Shown here in pieces: positions 19,497 to 28,931 of a stretch of 64,000 nucleotides of DNA (its first letter is position 1; every line of letters starts with the position of its first letter). Source of the stretch: Candidatus Undinarchaeales archaeon (GTDB taxonomy: Archaea; SpSt-1190; JASMDC01); NCBI GenBank assembly GCA_030753015.1, contig JASMDC010000011.1:1-64000 (forward strand), written 5' to 3'. Below the pieces are notes generated by a model. The model was not told the origin of the DNA. It did no database searches and worked only from the letters and a program-made list of their open reading frames with translations. A program made the translations under genes and the position numbers.

Positions 19497-20312
19497 GTGC
19501 TCTACGAGATCGGTGCATATCTTACCGATATCTACGAGAACCTCGATCAGCCAGGACCTGAGCCGAACACAGGTCTGAAAGGACTTCTTCGACGGGATCC
19601 AAAGACCAATCCGCTCGACGACCTCAGCGCACTCAGGCCAGCCCTAGACAATGGCTATGAGAAGGCCATCCTCAGTCAGGCCGACGCGGTCCGCGAACAG
19701 CTCGAGGCATACGCGGTCGAGGCCGGGTACGACGGGCTCCTGAAGGTCCGGTACGAGCTCGCCGAGAAGGAGCGTGGACCTGGTAAGGACGGCGTCCTCA
19801 TGGCGACCTACGGTATCGGCAGCGCCTCGATGGACCTGCCCTTTCGTGTGCGATCAGGAGAGGACGGCGGCATCGCCGCTGTGCCGAGCTTCACGTACGT
19901 CTTCGATGACCAGGCCCGTGTCGCGTTCCACGATCCGCGGGGTCCGATGGAGTTCTTCCAATGGGGCCTGTACACGATCGTCGGCGAAGAGCATACGAAA
20001 ACACCAGAAGGGCTCATCGGCGCCGGTAAGGACGTGCGCCTCATCGGTCCCGAAGCGACAGCGTGGGCCGAGCGAAAGGGCCACAAGCTCACACCCGAGA
20101 TGGTCACGGGCGTATACGACCGGGATATCGATGTGCTGGTCATCGGTAATGGTATCAACAACATGGTAGAGGTACCCGACGAGGTCCGGGAAGCGGTAGA
20201 ATCCCACGGTCTCGAGCTCATCGTCGAGCGGAGCCAGGACGCATGCCTCACCTACAACGAGATGATGCGCGAGGGGCGCAAGGCCGCGCTGCTGGTCCAC
20301 GGGACCTGCTGA
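19497..20312 (+). CDS. Unknown 'MLYEIG' domain fused to Mth938-like (DUF498/AAMDC) domain
   Basis: C-terminal GHKL..DVLVIGNG..ACLTYN..ALLVHGTC is typical of Mth938/AAMDC; N-terminal half is paralogous to 21288..21746. Confidence 0.75.
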   Translation: MLYEIGAYLTDIYENLDQPGPEPNTGLKGLLRRDPKTNPLDDLSALRPALDNGYEKAILSQADAVREQLEAYAVEAGYDGLLKVRYELAEKERGPGKDGVLMATYGIGSASMDLPFRVRSGEDGGIAAVPSFTYVFDDQARVAFHDPRGPMEFFQWGLYTIVGEEHTKTPEGLIGAGKDVRLIGPEATAWAERKGHKLTPEMVTGVYDRDIDVLVIGNGINNMVEVPDEVREAVESHGLELIVERSQDACLTYNEMMREGRKAALLVHGTC

Positions 20313-20486
20313 GCCGTGTTCACTTGGATCATGTCTTTTCTGAAAAGCATTGGTGCTGTGTCACCTTTGGCTAAAGACCGAGGTTTACTGAACGATGATT
20401 CAGTAATATACCGCCCCCTGGGTACGAATCTCGTAACTCTTGAGCGAAACCTATATTAACGCCTTGCCCTGCCGAAAAATGTCCTC

Positions 20487-21227
20487 ATGCTCGGAGAGCT
20501 CGACCTCGATTGTGCGGACTATGGCACCTCGGGCGCCGCAGAGGGCTATTCCACCTCGGACGACCTCTCGGGGAAGGCCATCGCTTATGGCGCACTCCTC
20601 GCCGGGGCCATCGCCGGAGTGGTCTACGTCGGCGGCCGCCAGAAGTACGAGAACGAGAGCGAGTTCAACGTCGACGACGGCAGGTTCCGAGTCGAGGAGC
20701 GCCTCCTCTCCCTGCGAAAGCAGTACGACATCCTCAACGAGGAAGGGCATCGCGTCGCCTATATCCAGAAGCCCTGGCTCAGCTGGGGCGATGATTACAA
20801 CGTTTTCGATGGCGACGGGGACCTCGTTGCCAGGATCGACGGCAAGGTGCTCGCCTGGGGCCATGACTTCGATGTTTACGACGCACAAGGCTCCCTCATC
20901 GCCAAGATCGACGGCAAGGTCATGTCCTGGGGCTACGACAGCAACGTCCGTGATCCCGCAGGCGGCACCATAGCCGAGCTGGACAACAAGCTGTTGCGCA
21001 TCAACAACCACCTGGACGTGAGCCAGGGCGGCCGCGATCTGGCTGACATCGACTCCCGCGTCATCTCGTGGACTGACACCTACGACGTACAGTTCCAGGG
21101 TGTCGTGGACGCTGCCACCAAGAAGCTCGTCCTGTACGCGACGGCGACCTTCGACGGTATCAAGGACGCCGCCATGGAGTCCGACAACGACTCGTCCAGC
21201 TCGTCCTCGAGCTCGTCTTCCGAGTAG
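20487..21227 (+). CDS. Membrane-anchored LURP-one/scramblase-like protein with conserved acidic leader
   Basis: Leader + hydrophobic segment; approx 24-aa repeats (Y/F)xVxDxxGxxxAxIDGK..SW; C-terminal helix and poly-Ser. Confidence 0.7.
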   Translation: MLGELDLDCADYGTSGAAEGYSTSDDLSGKAIAYGALLAGAIAGVVYVGGRQKYENESEFNVDDGRFRVEERLLSLRKQYDILNEEGHRVAYIQKPWLSWGDDYNVFDGDGDLVARIDGKVLAWGHDFDVYDAQGSLIAKIDGKVMSWGYDSNVRDPAGGTIAELDNKLLRINNHLDVSQGGRDLADIDSRVISWTDTYDVQFQGVVDAATKKLVLYATATFDGIKDAAMESDNDSSSSSSSSSSE

Positions 21228-21241
21228 CTGCCGTGGCCCGA

Positions 21242-21267
21242 CCCCAAAGGGTATGTATAAAATGGGG
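21242..21267 (+). promoter_or_regulatory. TATA-containing promoter motif CCCCAAAGGGTATGTATAAATGGGG
   Basis: Duplicate of motif at 19453, same distance class from start codon. Confidence 0.65.
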
Positions 21268-21287
21268 ATGTCGAGCGGGCGACCTCC

Positions 21288-21746
21288 ATGTTGTACGAGA
21301 TCGGCGGATATTTAACCACAATTTATGATAATGCTGACCAGCTCGAGACCCTCGAGAATCCCGAGCACTTCCAGGAACCCGACGCGGTACTGGAACGCAT
21401 CCAGGGATTCAAGATCCTCGAGCCCGTCCAGAACAATATCTATCAGGAATGCATCCTTCACCAGGCACATGGTGTCATCGAGAAGCTCGAAGGGTACTTC
21501 GAGGACAGCGAGGATATCGGCGAGTTCAGGACACTCAAGTACGAGAAGTCCGGCACCAGCGAGAATCCCTGGGAGGACGGCGTCCTCAAGGTAACGTACG
21601 ATCTCAACGTGGAGATAGATCCTGTCTTTGGTTTCGAGGTCTCGGACGCTACCGTCGAGGTCCCCTTCCGGCTCCTTCCGGGAGAGAAGGGTGGCATCGA
21701 GCCTGTTGCCGGGTACGAGCTGGCACCACCGATCGAAGGCGAGTAG
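21288..21746 (+). CDS. Hypothetical acidic protein, stand-alone 'MLYEIG' domain
   Basis: MLYEIGGYLTTIYDNADQ..ILHQAHGVIE..DGVLKVTY..VPFRL matches the N-half of 19497 protein. Confidence 0.75.
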   Translation: MLYEIGGYLTTIYDNADQLETLENPEHFQEPDAVLERIQGFKILEPVQNNIYQECILHQAHGVIEKLEGYFEDSEDIGEFRTLKYEKSGTSENPWEDGVLKVTYDLNVEIDPVFGFEVSDATVEVPFRLLPGEKGGIEPVAGYELAPPIEGE

Positions 21747-21775
21747 TCACTCGGGACTGACGCTTCCCGGAGAGC

Positions 21776-22507
21776 TCACTCCAGCGCGTCGATGAGACGC
21801 TTCAGGAGCTTGAGTTCCTTGGGCCAGCCGATGGCCACGACCCAGCTGCCGGGCACGAGCTTCGTGTCCGGTGGCGGATTCTTCAAGAACGTCTTGTCCA
21901 TGTCGTCCCCCGGTAGCTTGACGGCCACGACCAGTGCGCCGGTCCTGCCCTTGATGTCCAGCTCGTCGAGCTTCTTGCCAGCGACGGTCCCGTCCTCGGG
22001 CACCTGTACCTCGTTGATCTCGATGCCGTAGGTGGATGTCAGAGCGTCGTTGAGGAACTCGGCCGAGTAAGGTCTCGTGGCCGCGCGTGCCAGGATATAC
22101 CCTCCTATGACGTAGGGCGACACCACGCGCTCGGCGCCGGTGCGGATGAACTTGCGCTTGGTGGACTCCGAGTACTGGTCGGAGCGGGCGATGATGCGGA
22201 TGTCCGGGTTCAGGTCCCGGGCCGTTAGGGCGATGAAAACGTTGTTGCCCACCTGGGGGAGCGCAGCGATGATCGTGTCGGCGGAGTCGATGAAGGCACG
22301 CTTGAGGCAGGTCTCCTCCGTTGGATCACCCGCCACAACGCCCACCAGATGCTCGGATAGGTACTCCATATCCTCCGCTGTGAGCTCGGGAGCGACCACC
22401 ATCACCTTCTTCCCGATCATCAGAAGCTCCTCGACCGTGTTCTTGCCTACCCCGTCGTACCCGCATACGATGACGTGGTCCGATACCTTCATCTCTCGTT
22501 TCTCCAT
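21776..22507 (-). CDS. Stand-alone RCK (TrkA-N + TrkA-C) regulatory subunit
   Basis: DHVIVCGYDGVG, GDPTEE..LKRA, ARDLNP..RIIAR, VVSPYVIGG, TrkA-C GALVVAVK..NPPPDT. Confidence 0.9.
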   Translation of the reverse strand: MEKREMKVSDHVIVCGYDGVGKNTVEELLMIGKKVMVVAPELTAEDMEYLSEHLVGVVAGDPTEETCLKRAFIDSADTIIAALPQVGNNVFIALTARDLNPDIRIIARSDQYSESTKRKFIRTGAERVVSPYVIGGYILARAATRPYSAEFLNDALTSTYGIEINEVQVPEDGTVAGKKLDELDIKGRTGALVVAVKLPGDDMDKTFLKNPPPDTKLVPGSWVVAIGWPKELKLLKRLIDALE

Positions 22508-22523
22508 GATGATACACCTATCC

Positions 22524-23510
22524 TTACATCGAGCGGAGCGTAGCGAGGTCCTCGCTGCGTCCTATGATGACCATGATATCGCCCTCGTTGACCGTCGTGT
22601 CGGAGGGCGGATTGCGCGTGATCTCCTCGGCGTCCTTCGGGAAGTGGGCCACCAATAGACAACCTGTGCGTTCCATGATGGCGCGGACCGTGTGGCCGTC
22701 CCATTTCGATGGGACCTGGATGTCGTCGATGTCGAGCCCCACCTCCGGGTCCAGGAGCTCCAGGGTGAATGACGTCGAGAGAGGATGGGTCCCGCACTGG
22801 GCAAGCAGCCGACCTGTGATGGACTCGGGGGAGATGGCGAGGTCAGCTCCGGCCCGCTTGAACCTGCCATGGCGGGTCTCGTTGGACATCGCAGCACAGA
22901 TGCGGACCTTCTCGTTCAGGTCCCTGGCCGAGAGGCAGATAAAGGAGTTGGCGCCATCGTCATCGCTCGCGGCGACAACGGCATGTGCGGTATCCACCCG
23001 GGCGGCCAGGAGCACATCCTCGTCGGATGGGTTGCCGCTCACCACATGGAAACCCTCGTCAACGACCTCCCGGGCCCGGTCGTCCTCCACCTCGTCCACA
23101 AGGACCGCGTCGTGGCCCATGGCCTTGACCTCGTGCATGACCATGGAGGCCAGCGCCGTGTCGCCGCAAACCACCACGTGGCGTTCGATGGTGGGCGGGA
23201 CGCCGGTGCGGGCGGACATGAGCTCTTTAAGCCTGCTCTCCAGCACGGCGCTCCCCAGCTGTTCCAGGACGAACATCACCACCATGATGCCGAAGGCGAT
23301 GACGAGCAGGGTGGCGGCGAATCCGGCCGGTGTAGTCGGTGAGAGCACCGACTCTCCGGTGGCCGAGACGATGATGCGGAAGAGCACCTCGGGGACCGAC
23401 TGCCCCTCGATGAGCTGTGGCTCGGCGAAGAGGATGACGACGTAGGAGAGGATTATGAACCCGGCGAAGAAGCCGATGGCGGTGACGTACGGCCGCATCC
23501 CCTCGCGCAT
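22524..23510 (-). CDS. MthK-like 2TM ion channel with RCK domains, atypical pore sequence
   Basis: TM1-pore-SPTTPAG-TM2 then HVVVCG RCK and TrkA-C; the filter reads ATGES rather than TVGYG. Confidence 0.85.
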   Translation of the reverse strand: MREGMRPYVTAIGFFAGFIILSYVVILFAEPQLIEGQSVPEVLFRIIVSATGESVLSPTTPAGFAATLLVIAFGIMVVMFVLEQLGSAVLESRLKELMSARTGVPPTIERHVVVCGDTALASMVMHEVKAMGHDAVLVDEVEDDRAREVVDEGFHVVSGNPSDEDVLLAARVDTAHAVVAASDDDGANSFICLSARDLNEKVRICAAMSNETRHGRFKRAGADLAISPESITGRLLAQCGTHPLSTSFTLELLDPEVGLDIDDIQVPSKWDGHTVRAIMERTGCLLVAHFPKDAEEITRNPPSDTTVNEGDIMVIIGRSEDLATLRSM

Positions 23511-23681
23511 GGTCGGCCGTGGGAGGTGAAGTTATAAATGGATTTCTGGCGGAGTAACCCTGCCCATTTCTATTTTGGGAAAATTATCTATTAACTACTT
23601 AACTGATACTAAATATGAGAATATAGTTTTCATATATGAGAAAATATATAAACTAACGAGGATATATTGTCAATATAGAAA

Positions 23682-24644
23682 ATGTTGCTGGATCTCGTCT
23701 TCGCGAACAGGAACGTCGTGCGTATCCTGCGGGCGCTCTCTTGCGGGCCTTCCCAGCGGTGGTACACTCAGGAGGACATAATCTATATCACGAACATATC
23801 ACGTACCGCCGTCTCTCGCGGGCTCATGCTATTGACCTCGTTGGGGCTTGTGGAAAAGGAGGGACGGGGCTACTTTCTATCTCCCTCTAATCCGCATACT
23901 GAAGCGATAAGTGCATTGTTCTGGGGGGAGATTGCTGATAATAAGATGGGTATCCACATCCGAACGTTCATCTCCGAGTTCACGTACAAGGCTCATCTGG
24001 AGCTGGGTTCCTCGCTGCTGACCGTGGCGCTCTTTGGCAGCTTCGCTAGGAACGACGACATACCGACGAGCGATATCGATCTGCTCGTCATCACCGAAAC
24101 GAAGAACAAGGCTACCAAGGCCGCCCTTGACAGGATCGCGGAAAAAGCTATCGGGAATCTGGAGAACAGGCCATCAATCCACCAGTTCTCCCGCAAGGAG
24201 TTCAGCGCTCTGATACGCGGGAACGATCCTCTGGTCCAATCGCTCGACCGTGAGGCCATCACCGTCTACGGCAGTGAGCTGCGTGCCGCGATCAAGGAAG
24301 GTGCTTTCTTCACGAGGTCCACGAGAAGCGAGGACGGGATGATGAAGGATGTGGTCTTCATCCTCATCAAGAACGGTTTCGACATCCTGTCGAGCCAGTC
24401 TTCGAACATAGACTATCTGGTAGATATCGTTGCACGCAAGAACAACAGGATGCTGCTTGTTGAACTGAAGAGAAGGATCGATAATCGCACCATCAAGAAA
24501 CTTGAATCACAGATCAACAGCATGGAGGGCCTTGTCGTCATCTGTGCGGAACAGCTCAAGACGTCCGTGACGGTCGGTGTTCCGGTCTTCTGCGGAAAGG
24601 AGGGCCTCCGCAGCTTTGAGCGGTACGTGCAGAAGGAGTACTGA
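23682..24644 (+). CDS. HTH + minimal nucleotidyltransferase (MNT antitoxin) + C-terminal PD-(D/E)xK-like domain
   Basis: N-terminal wHTH; GSFARNDDIPTSDID = GSx10DxD; C-terminal VDIVARK..LLVELK. Confidence 0.8.
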   Translation: MLLDLVFANRNVVRILRALSCGPSQRWYTQEDIIYITNISRTAVSRGLMLLTSLGLVEKEGRGYFLSPSNPHTEAISALFWGEIADNKMGIHIRTFISEFTYKAHLELGSSLLTVALFGSFARNDDIPTSDIDLLVITETKNKATKAALDRIAEKAIGNLENRPSIHQFSRKEFSALIRGNDPLVQSLDREAITVYGSELRAAIKEGAFFTRSTRSEDGMMKDVVFILIKNGFDILSSQSSNIDYLVDIVARKNNRMLLVELKRRIDNRTIKKLESQINSMEGLVVICAEQLKTSVTVGVPVFCGKEGLRSFERYVQKEY

Positions 24645-25147
24645 TGGTCACGCTGAAGGATGTAAAGGAACGTTACCCACGGGAATACCGCGATCTGACC
24701 GGGAACCGCTCCGATCAGAACAGACGGTACAAGGAATGCGTGAAACAGGCAAAGGCAGACCTCCACTTTGCAGAGGCTCTTCAGGATACTGGATGTGACG
24801 ATCTTCTGGATAGGGAGTATCGCCTCTATAGCTGGGTGGGGATCATCAGCTATTATGCTATGTACCATACTGCAGAAGCACTCCTCGCTCGGAAAGGGGT
24901 CGGGATGAGGAGCCATGCGGGTGTCGCAGAGACCTTGTCCGCGATGCAGGACGATGGAAAGCTCGACTGCTCGAAGGACACCTACGATTATAGCGATGTC
25001 CTGAAGCGGGCGCTTGGTTTCCGCAAGAACGCCAACTACGTGGAGCTTAGGTCCATCGGGCGAGAACGGAGCGGAGCGTTCCTTACGGCCACGGTCCGCC
25101 CGTTCATCGCGCGGGTCTTTAGTTTTCTTAGCGAGGACCTAACATGA
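24644..25147 (+). CDS. HEPN domain protein (toxin partner)
   Basis: YSW..SYYAMYH.AEALL..KG..SH and RKNANY; TGATG coupling to MNT gene. Confidence 0.85.
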   Translation: MVTLKDVKERYPREYRDLTGNRSDQNRRYKECVKQAKADLHFAEALQDTGCDDLLDREYRLYSWVGIISYYAMYHTAEALLARKGVGMRSHAGVAETLSAMQDDGKLDCSKDTYDYSDVLKRALGFRKNANYVELRSIGRERSGAFLTATVRPFIARVFSFLSEDLT

Positions 25148-25159
25148 GCCCGGTCACCC

Positions 25160-25354
25160 TCATCCCTCGTACTTGAACACATCCTCGATGGACACCTCGA
25201 AGTGCCGGGCGATCTTGAACGCCAGCTCCAGTGACGGGTCGTACTTCCCCCGCTCGATGGCGATGATGGTCTGTCGCGTCACTCCCAGCTTGCCGGCCAG
25301 GTCCTGCTGGGTGAGGTCGTGTTCGGCCCGGTAGACCTTGAGGCGGTTCTTCAC
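25160..25354 (-). CDS. XRE-family HTH transcriptional regulator
   Basis: GTG start; KNRLKVYRAEHDLTQQDLA..GVTRQTIIAIERGKYDPSLELAFKIA. Confidence 0.9.
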   Translation of the reverse strand: MKNRLKVYRAEHDLTQQDLAGKLGVTRQTIIAIERGKYDPSLELAFKIARHFEVSIEDVFKYEG

Positions 25355-25442
25355 GCGCCGTCCACCGTCCCGACCGCAACGGGCCCCTCGTCCACGAGCG
25401 CTCACGCTCAGAAATAGATCTATCATGAGCGTAAGGGCTCGA

Positions 25443-25937
25443 TCACTGCTTGGCGAACAGCTCCACGGCCAGCTCTGCACCCTCGACGATCGCCTCGTAG
25501 CCGGTGCACCGACACAGATGGCCCTCCAGCACGTCCAAGAGCTCATCCTTCGACGGAGATGGATCGCGCTCCAGCAGCGCCACCAGCTCCATGATGATGC
25601 CTGGTGTGCAGAAGCCGCACTGAACGGCACCGCTACGGACCATTGCTTCCTGCACGGGGTGCAGTGTGCCGTCCTTGGCTGCCAACCCTTCCACCGTGCG
25701 CACGCTCTTCCCGTCGGCCTTGCTGGCCGGAACGATGCAGGCCTTCACGGGCTGGCTGTCCATGATGACGGTGCACGCTCCGCACTTACCGTACCCGCAG
25801 CCGAACTTCGCACCGGTCAGGTCCAGCTGGTCGCGCAGCACGTCCAGGAGACTGGCCTTCTGGTGGACCGTGAAAGCGTATGGCTCCCCGTTGACGGTGA
25901 TCGTCACGGTGATGTACTCGTCGGCCATCTCAGGCAC
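25443..25937 (-). CDS. (2Fe-2S)-binding subunit of xanthine dehydrogenase/CoxS family
   Basis: GAKFGCGYGKCGAC..AC and QCGFCTPG..LCRCTGY. Confidence 0.95.
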   Translation of the reverse strand: MPEMADEYITVTITVNGEPYAFTVHQKASLLDVLRDQLDLTGAKFGCGYGKCGACTVIMDSQPVKACIVPASKADGKSVRTVEGLAAKDGTLHPVQEAMVRSGAVQCGFCTPGIIMELVALLERDPSPSKDELLDVLEGHLCRCTGYEAIVEGAELAVELFAKQ

Positions 25938-28260
25938 CTCCTCCCTTCTCGTCCATCGCTCTCTTCAGCTCATCGGGTCGCACGGGGACGCGGAAGAGGT
26001 CCACGCCAGTGGCGTCCTGCACGGCATTGAGCACCGCGGGGCACACCGCTACGATGGGATGCTCGCCCATGGCCCTGGCGCCGAAAGGGCCGTCCTCCTG
26101 TGGCGTCTCGAGCAGATCGACGGTCTGCTTCCCCGGCATGTCACTGGCCGATGGGACGTTGTACTTGCCGATGATCGGATTAGCGAGGTTCCCGTCCTCC
26201 TTGTAGAGGACCTCTTCCTTGAGGGCGTGACCGAGGCCCTGGACCACGCCACCGACGACCTGGCCGCGCGCGGTCTGGGGATTGATGACCTTGCCCACGT
26301 CGAGCGCGGTGGCGAAATGCGTGACCTCGACCTTGCCGGAGGCCTTCTCCACCCTGACCTCGCATGCCTGGGCGCCGAAGGTCCACTCGGCAGCACAATT
26401 ACCCTGCCCGCTCTCGGGATCAGGTGTCTGGAGCCCGCGTACGATGTGAGAGCCTACGGCGACAACAGGATCGCCCACGCAGTGGCCGTCCGGGTAGGTG
26501 TAGCCCTTGACAAGATCCTTGAGAGCGACCCTGCGGGACGGGTCCGAGGCGACGAACACGGCCTCCCCGTCGTACTCCAGCTCGTCCTCGGGCACACCCA
26601 GCACCAGGGCCGCGTTGTCCAGGAGACGGACGACGCACCGGCGGCAGGCGTGGACGATGGCGTTCCCCACCCGGTAGGTGGTCATGGAGGCCACGGTCAT
26701 CCATTCGTAGGGCGAGAGGTCGGTGTCCACACGCGGGATGACCCGGACGCGCTCGTAGGGTACTTTGAGCTCCTCGGCGGCGATCTGGGCGAGCACCGTA
26801 GTGCAGCCCTGGCCCATCTCGATCCCGGCCATCGATACCGTGACGGTGGCGTCGTTGTTGAACCTGACGACCGCGCAGGACGCGGCGTTGGAGGCTGTGA
26901 CCGGCGATTTCATCAGCGAGGCCACGCCCCTACCGTACACGTACCGGTCGTCCTCGGTCCGTTTGTCACCGGCAAAGACCGCCCTCTCAACGGAGGAGAG
27001 GCATCCGTCCAGATCGCCGTTGGCGGGGGTGATTGTCTGCCCCAGCGCATTGATCCGGCCAGCGCGCAGGAAGTTCTTGCGTCGCAGCTCGAAGGGCGAC
27101 ATCCCCAGCTCTCGGGCAAGAAGGTCCATGAGACGCTCACACATGAGGTGACCTTCCGGATGGCTGTAGCCGCGGAAGGCGCCCACAGGCGGTGTGTTGG
27201 TGTAGACACCGTATGAGTCCAGATGGCAGTTGGGGAACTCGTAGGGGCCTGTGCAGTTATGGCCCCCGGCGGTGACGACGTTGCAGGACGTGTCGGCGAA
27301 GGCACCGTCGGCGAAGTACAGACCAGCCTCGATGGCCACCAGGGTACCGTCCTTCTTTGCGCCGATGCGCATCCGGCCCTTCATTCCGCGGCCGACGACC
27401 GATGAGGTGAACACCTCCTTCCGGTCGAGCACCAGACGCACGGGGCGGCCCGGGACGGCCTTGGCAACGGCGGCCACCAGCGGCTCGATGATCACGTCGG
27501 ACTTGCACCCGAAGCCACCACCCAGGAACGGAACGACGACCCTGATCTTGGTCATGGGGAGGTCGTACATGTGGGAGAGGACGCCGCGGAGGATGTACGG
27601 ACCCTGGTTCGACGCCCACACGGTCACTCCGCCATCGGACTCCCAGCGGGCGATCGCGCCATGCGGCTCGATGGTCATGTGGGCCATGTGGGGGAACTCG
27701 AACTTGCCCTCCACGATGTAGTCGGCCTCGTCGAAGCCTTCGGCGGCCCGACCCTTGCGCAGCTTGTAGTGGTGGAACACGTTGCTCCCCTTCTCCGCAT
27801 GGAACCCGGGGACGTGCTCGTACTCTCCGTTGCGTTCGTGCACCTGGGGCGCTCCCTCCTTGACGGCCTCCAGGGGATCGATGACGTGGGGCAGGGGCTC
27901 GTACTCTACCTTGATGGCCTTGCAGGCGGCGGCCGCCTGGAGCTCCGTGTCCGCGATGGCCACAGCGACACCCTCGCCAGCGTGGCGCACCTTGTCCACG
28001 GCGAGCGGCGTCTGGTCCTCGATGCAGATGCCGAAGATGATGTTGCAGTCCTTGCCCGTAACCACGGCACGAACGCCGGGCATGTCCTCGGCCTCCGACG
28101 TGTCGATGGAAAGGATGCGTGCGTGAGCGACACCCGCCCGAAGAACCTTCGCATGGAGCATGCGGGGGAGCTTGATGTCGGCAACGTAGACTGCCTGGCC
28201 GGTGACCTTTTCGACAGCGTCGGCCCGCTTCTTGGAAACACCGATGGACTTGTACCCCAT
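25930..28260 (-). CDS. Xanthine dehydrogenase family molybdopterin-binding subunit
   Basis: EKVTG.A.Y, GGGFGCK, AFRGY, EMGQG, GQVVGG..QGLG, GARAMGE. Confidence 0.95.
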   Translation of the reverse strand: MGYKSIGVSKKRADAVEKVTGQAVYVADIKLPRMLHAKVLRAGVAHARILSIDTSEAEDMPGVRAVVTGKDCNIIFGICIEDQTPLAVDKVRHAGEGVAVAIADTELQAAAACKAIKVEYEPLPHVIDPLEAVKEGAPQVHERNGEYEHVPGFHAEKGSNVFHHYKLRKGRAAEGFDEADYIVEGKFEFPHMAHMTIEPHGAIARWESDGGVTVWASNQGPYILRGVLSHMYDLPMTKIRVVVPFLGGGFGCKSDVIIEPLVAAVAKAVPGRPVRLVLDRKEVFTSSVVGRGMKGRMRIGAKKDGTLVAIEAGLYFADGAFADTSCNVVTAGGHNCTGPYEFPNCHLDSYGVYTNTPPVGAFRGYSHPEGHLMCERLMDLLARELGMSPFELRRKNFLRAGRINALGQTITPANGDLDGCLSSVERAVFAGDKRTEDDRYVYGRGVASLMKSPVTASNAASCAVVRFNNDATVTVSMAGIEMGQGCTTVLAQIAAEELKVPYERVRVIPRVDTDLSPYEWMTVASMTTYRVGNAIVHACRRCVVRLLDNAALVLGVPEDELEYDGEAVFVASDPSRRVALKDLVKGYTYPDGHCVGDPVVAVGSHIVRGLQTPDPESGQGNCAAEWTFGAQACEVRVEKASGKVEVTHFATALDVGKVINPQTARGQVVGGVVQGLGHALKEEVLYKEDGNLANPIIGKYNVPSASDMPGKQTVDLLETPQEDGPFGARAMGEHPIVAVCPAVLNAVQDATGVDLFRVPVRPDELKRAMDEKGGGA

Positions 28261-28709
28261 ATGAACGACCCGAGCGGGCTAGCGGCTCGAAATATAAATA
28301 GCCTTCGTCGGAGTGGGCACAGGTCTTGGGGAGATGTAGATCAGACCTCCAGGATACTTCCACCCCGCTCCAGGGGCAGCCTCTTTCCTAGAACGTGTTC
28401 GAGAAATAAATCCCGCGTGCTTCACAGGCTGTCCGAGCTGTACTTTGACACTACGTTCTCGCTGGAGATGTGCTTAGTGCTGTCTCCCGATACCGACGAC
28501 CTGACCGAATACCTGTTCGGCGAGCGGCTGGTGCCAACGACGGCGAACCTGCGGGACGACATATTCAATCCAGATGCCGGCGAGACGCCGCAGAACTCGC
28601 CCGAGGACGCGTGCTCGTCGGTCTGGGTGTCGGGGATGACGCGCCACCGCGAGCGCGGCGGCATGCACGATGAGAAATCTATATATATGTACGTGTACAC
28701 ATACATAGT

Positions 28710-28931
28710 ATGGGCACCAAGACCATCTCCATCATGAACGAGGCCTACGAGGCGCTCGCTCGGGAGAAAGGCAAAGGTGAGAGCTTCACCGATGTCATCC
28801 TCAAGCTCGTCGGTAGGACGACGTCACTGTCCGATTGCATCGGCACATGGGATGTAGACGATGAAGAGTGGGCGCGAATCGAGAAGGATCTGGTCTGCAC
28901 GTGGCGTTCGTTCGAGGGGCGGCTCCTATGA
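28710..28931 (+). CDS. vapB: VapB-type antitoxin (UPF0330/DUF217-like)
   Basis: TKTISI.NEAY..L...K..GESFTDVI; overlaps downstream PIN gene by 4 nt. Confidence 0.85.
   Translation: MGTKTISIMNEAYEALAREKGKGESFTDVILKLVGRTTSLSDCIGTWDVDDEEWARIEKDLVCTWRSFEGRLL

Noticed and set aside
28330-28680. Open stretch LSELYFDTTFSLEMCLVLSPDTDDLTEYLFGERL.. between the Mo subunit and vapB
   Set aside because: No clear start or recognisable family; may be a gene remnant but cannot be supported.
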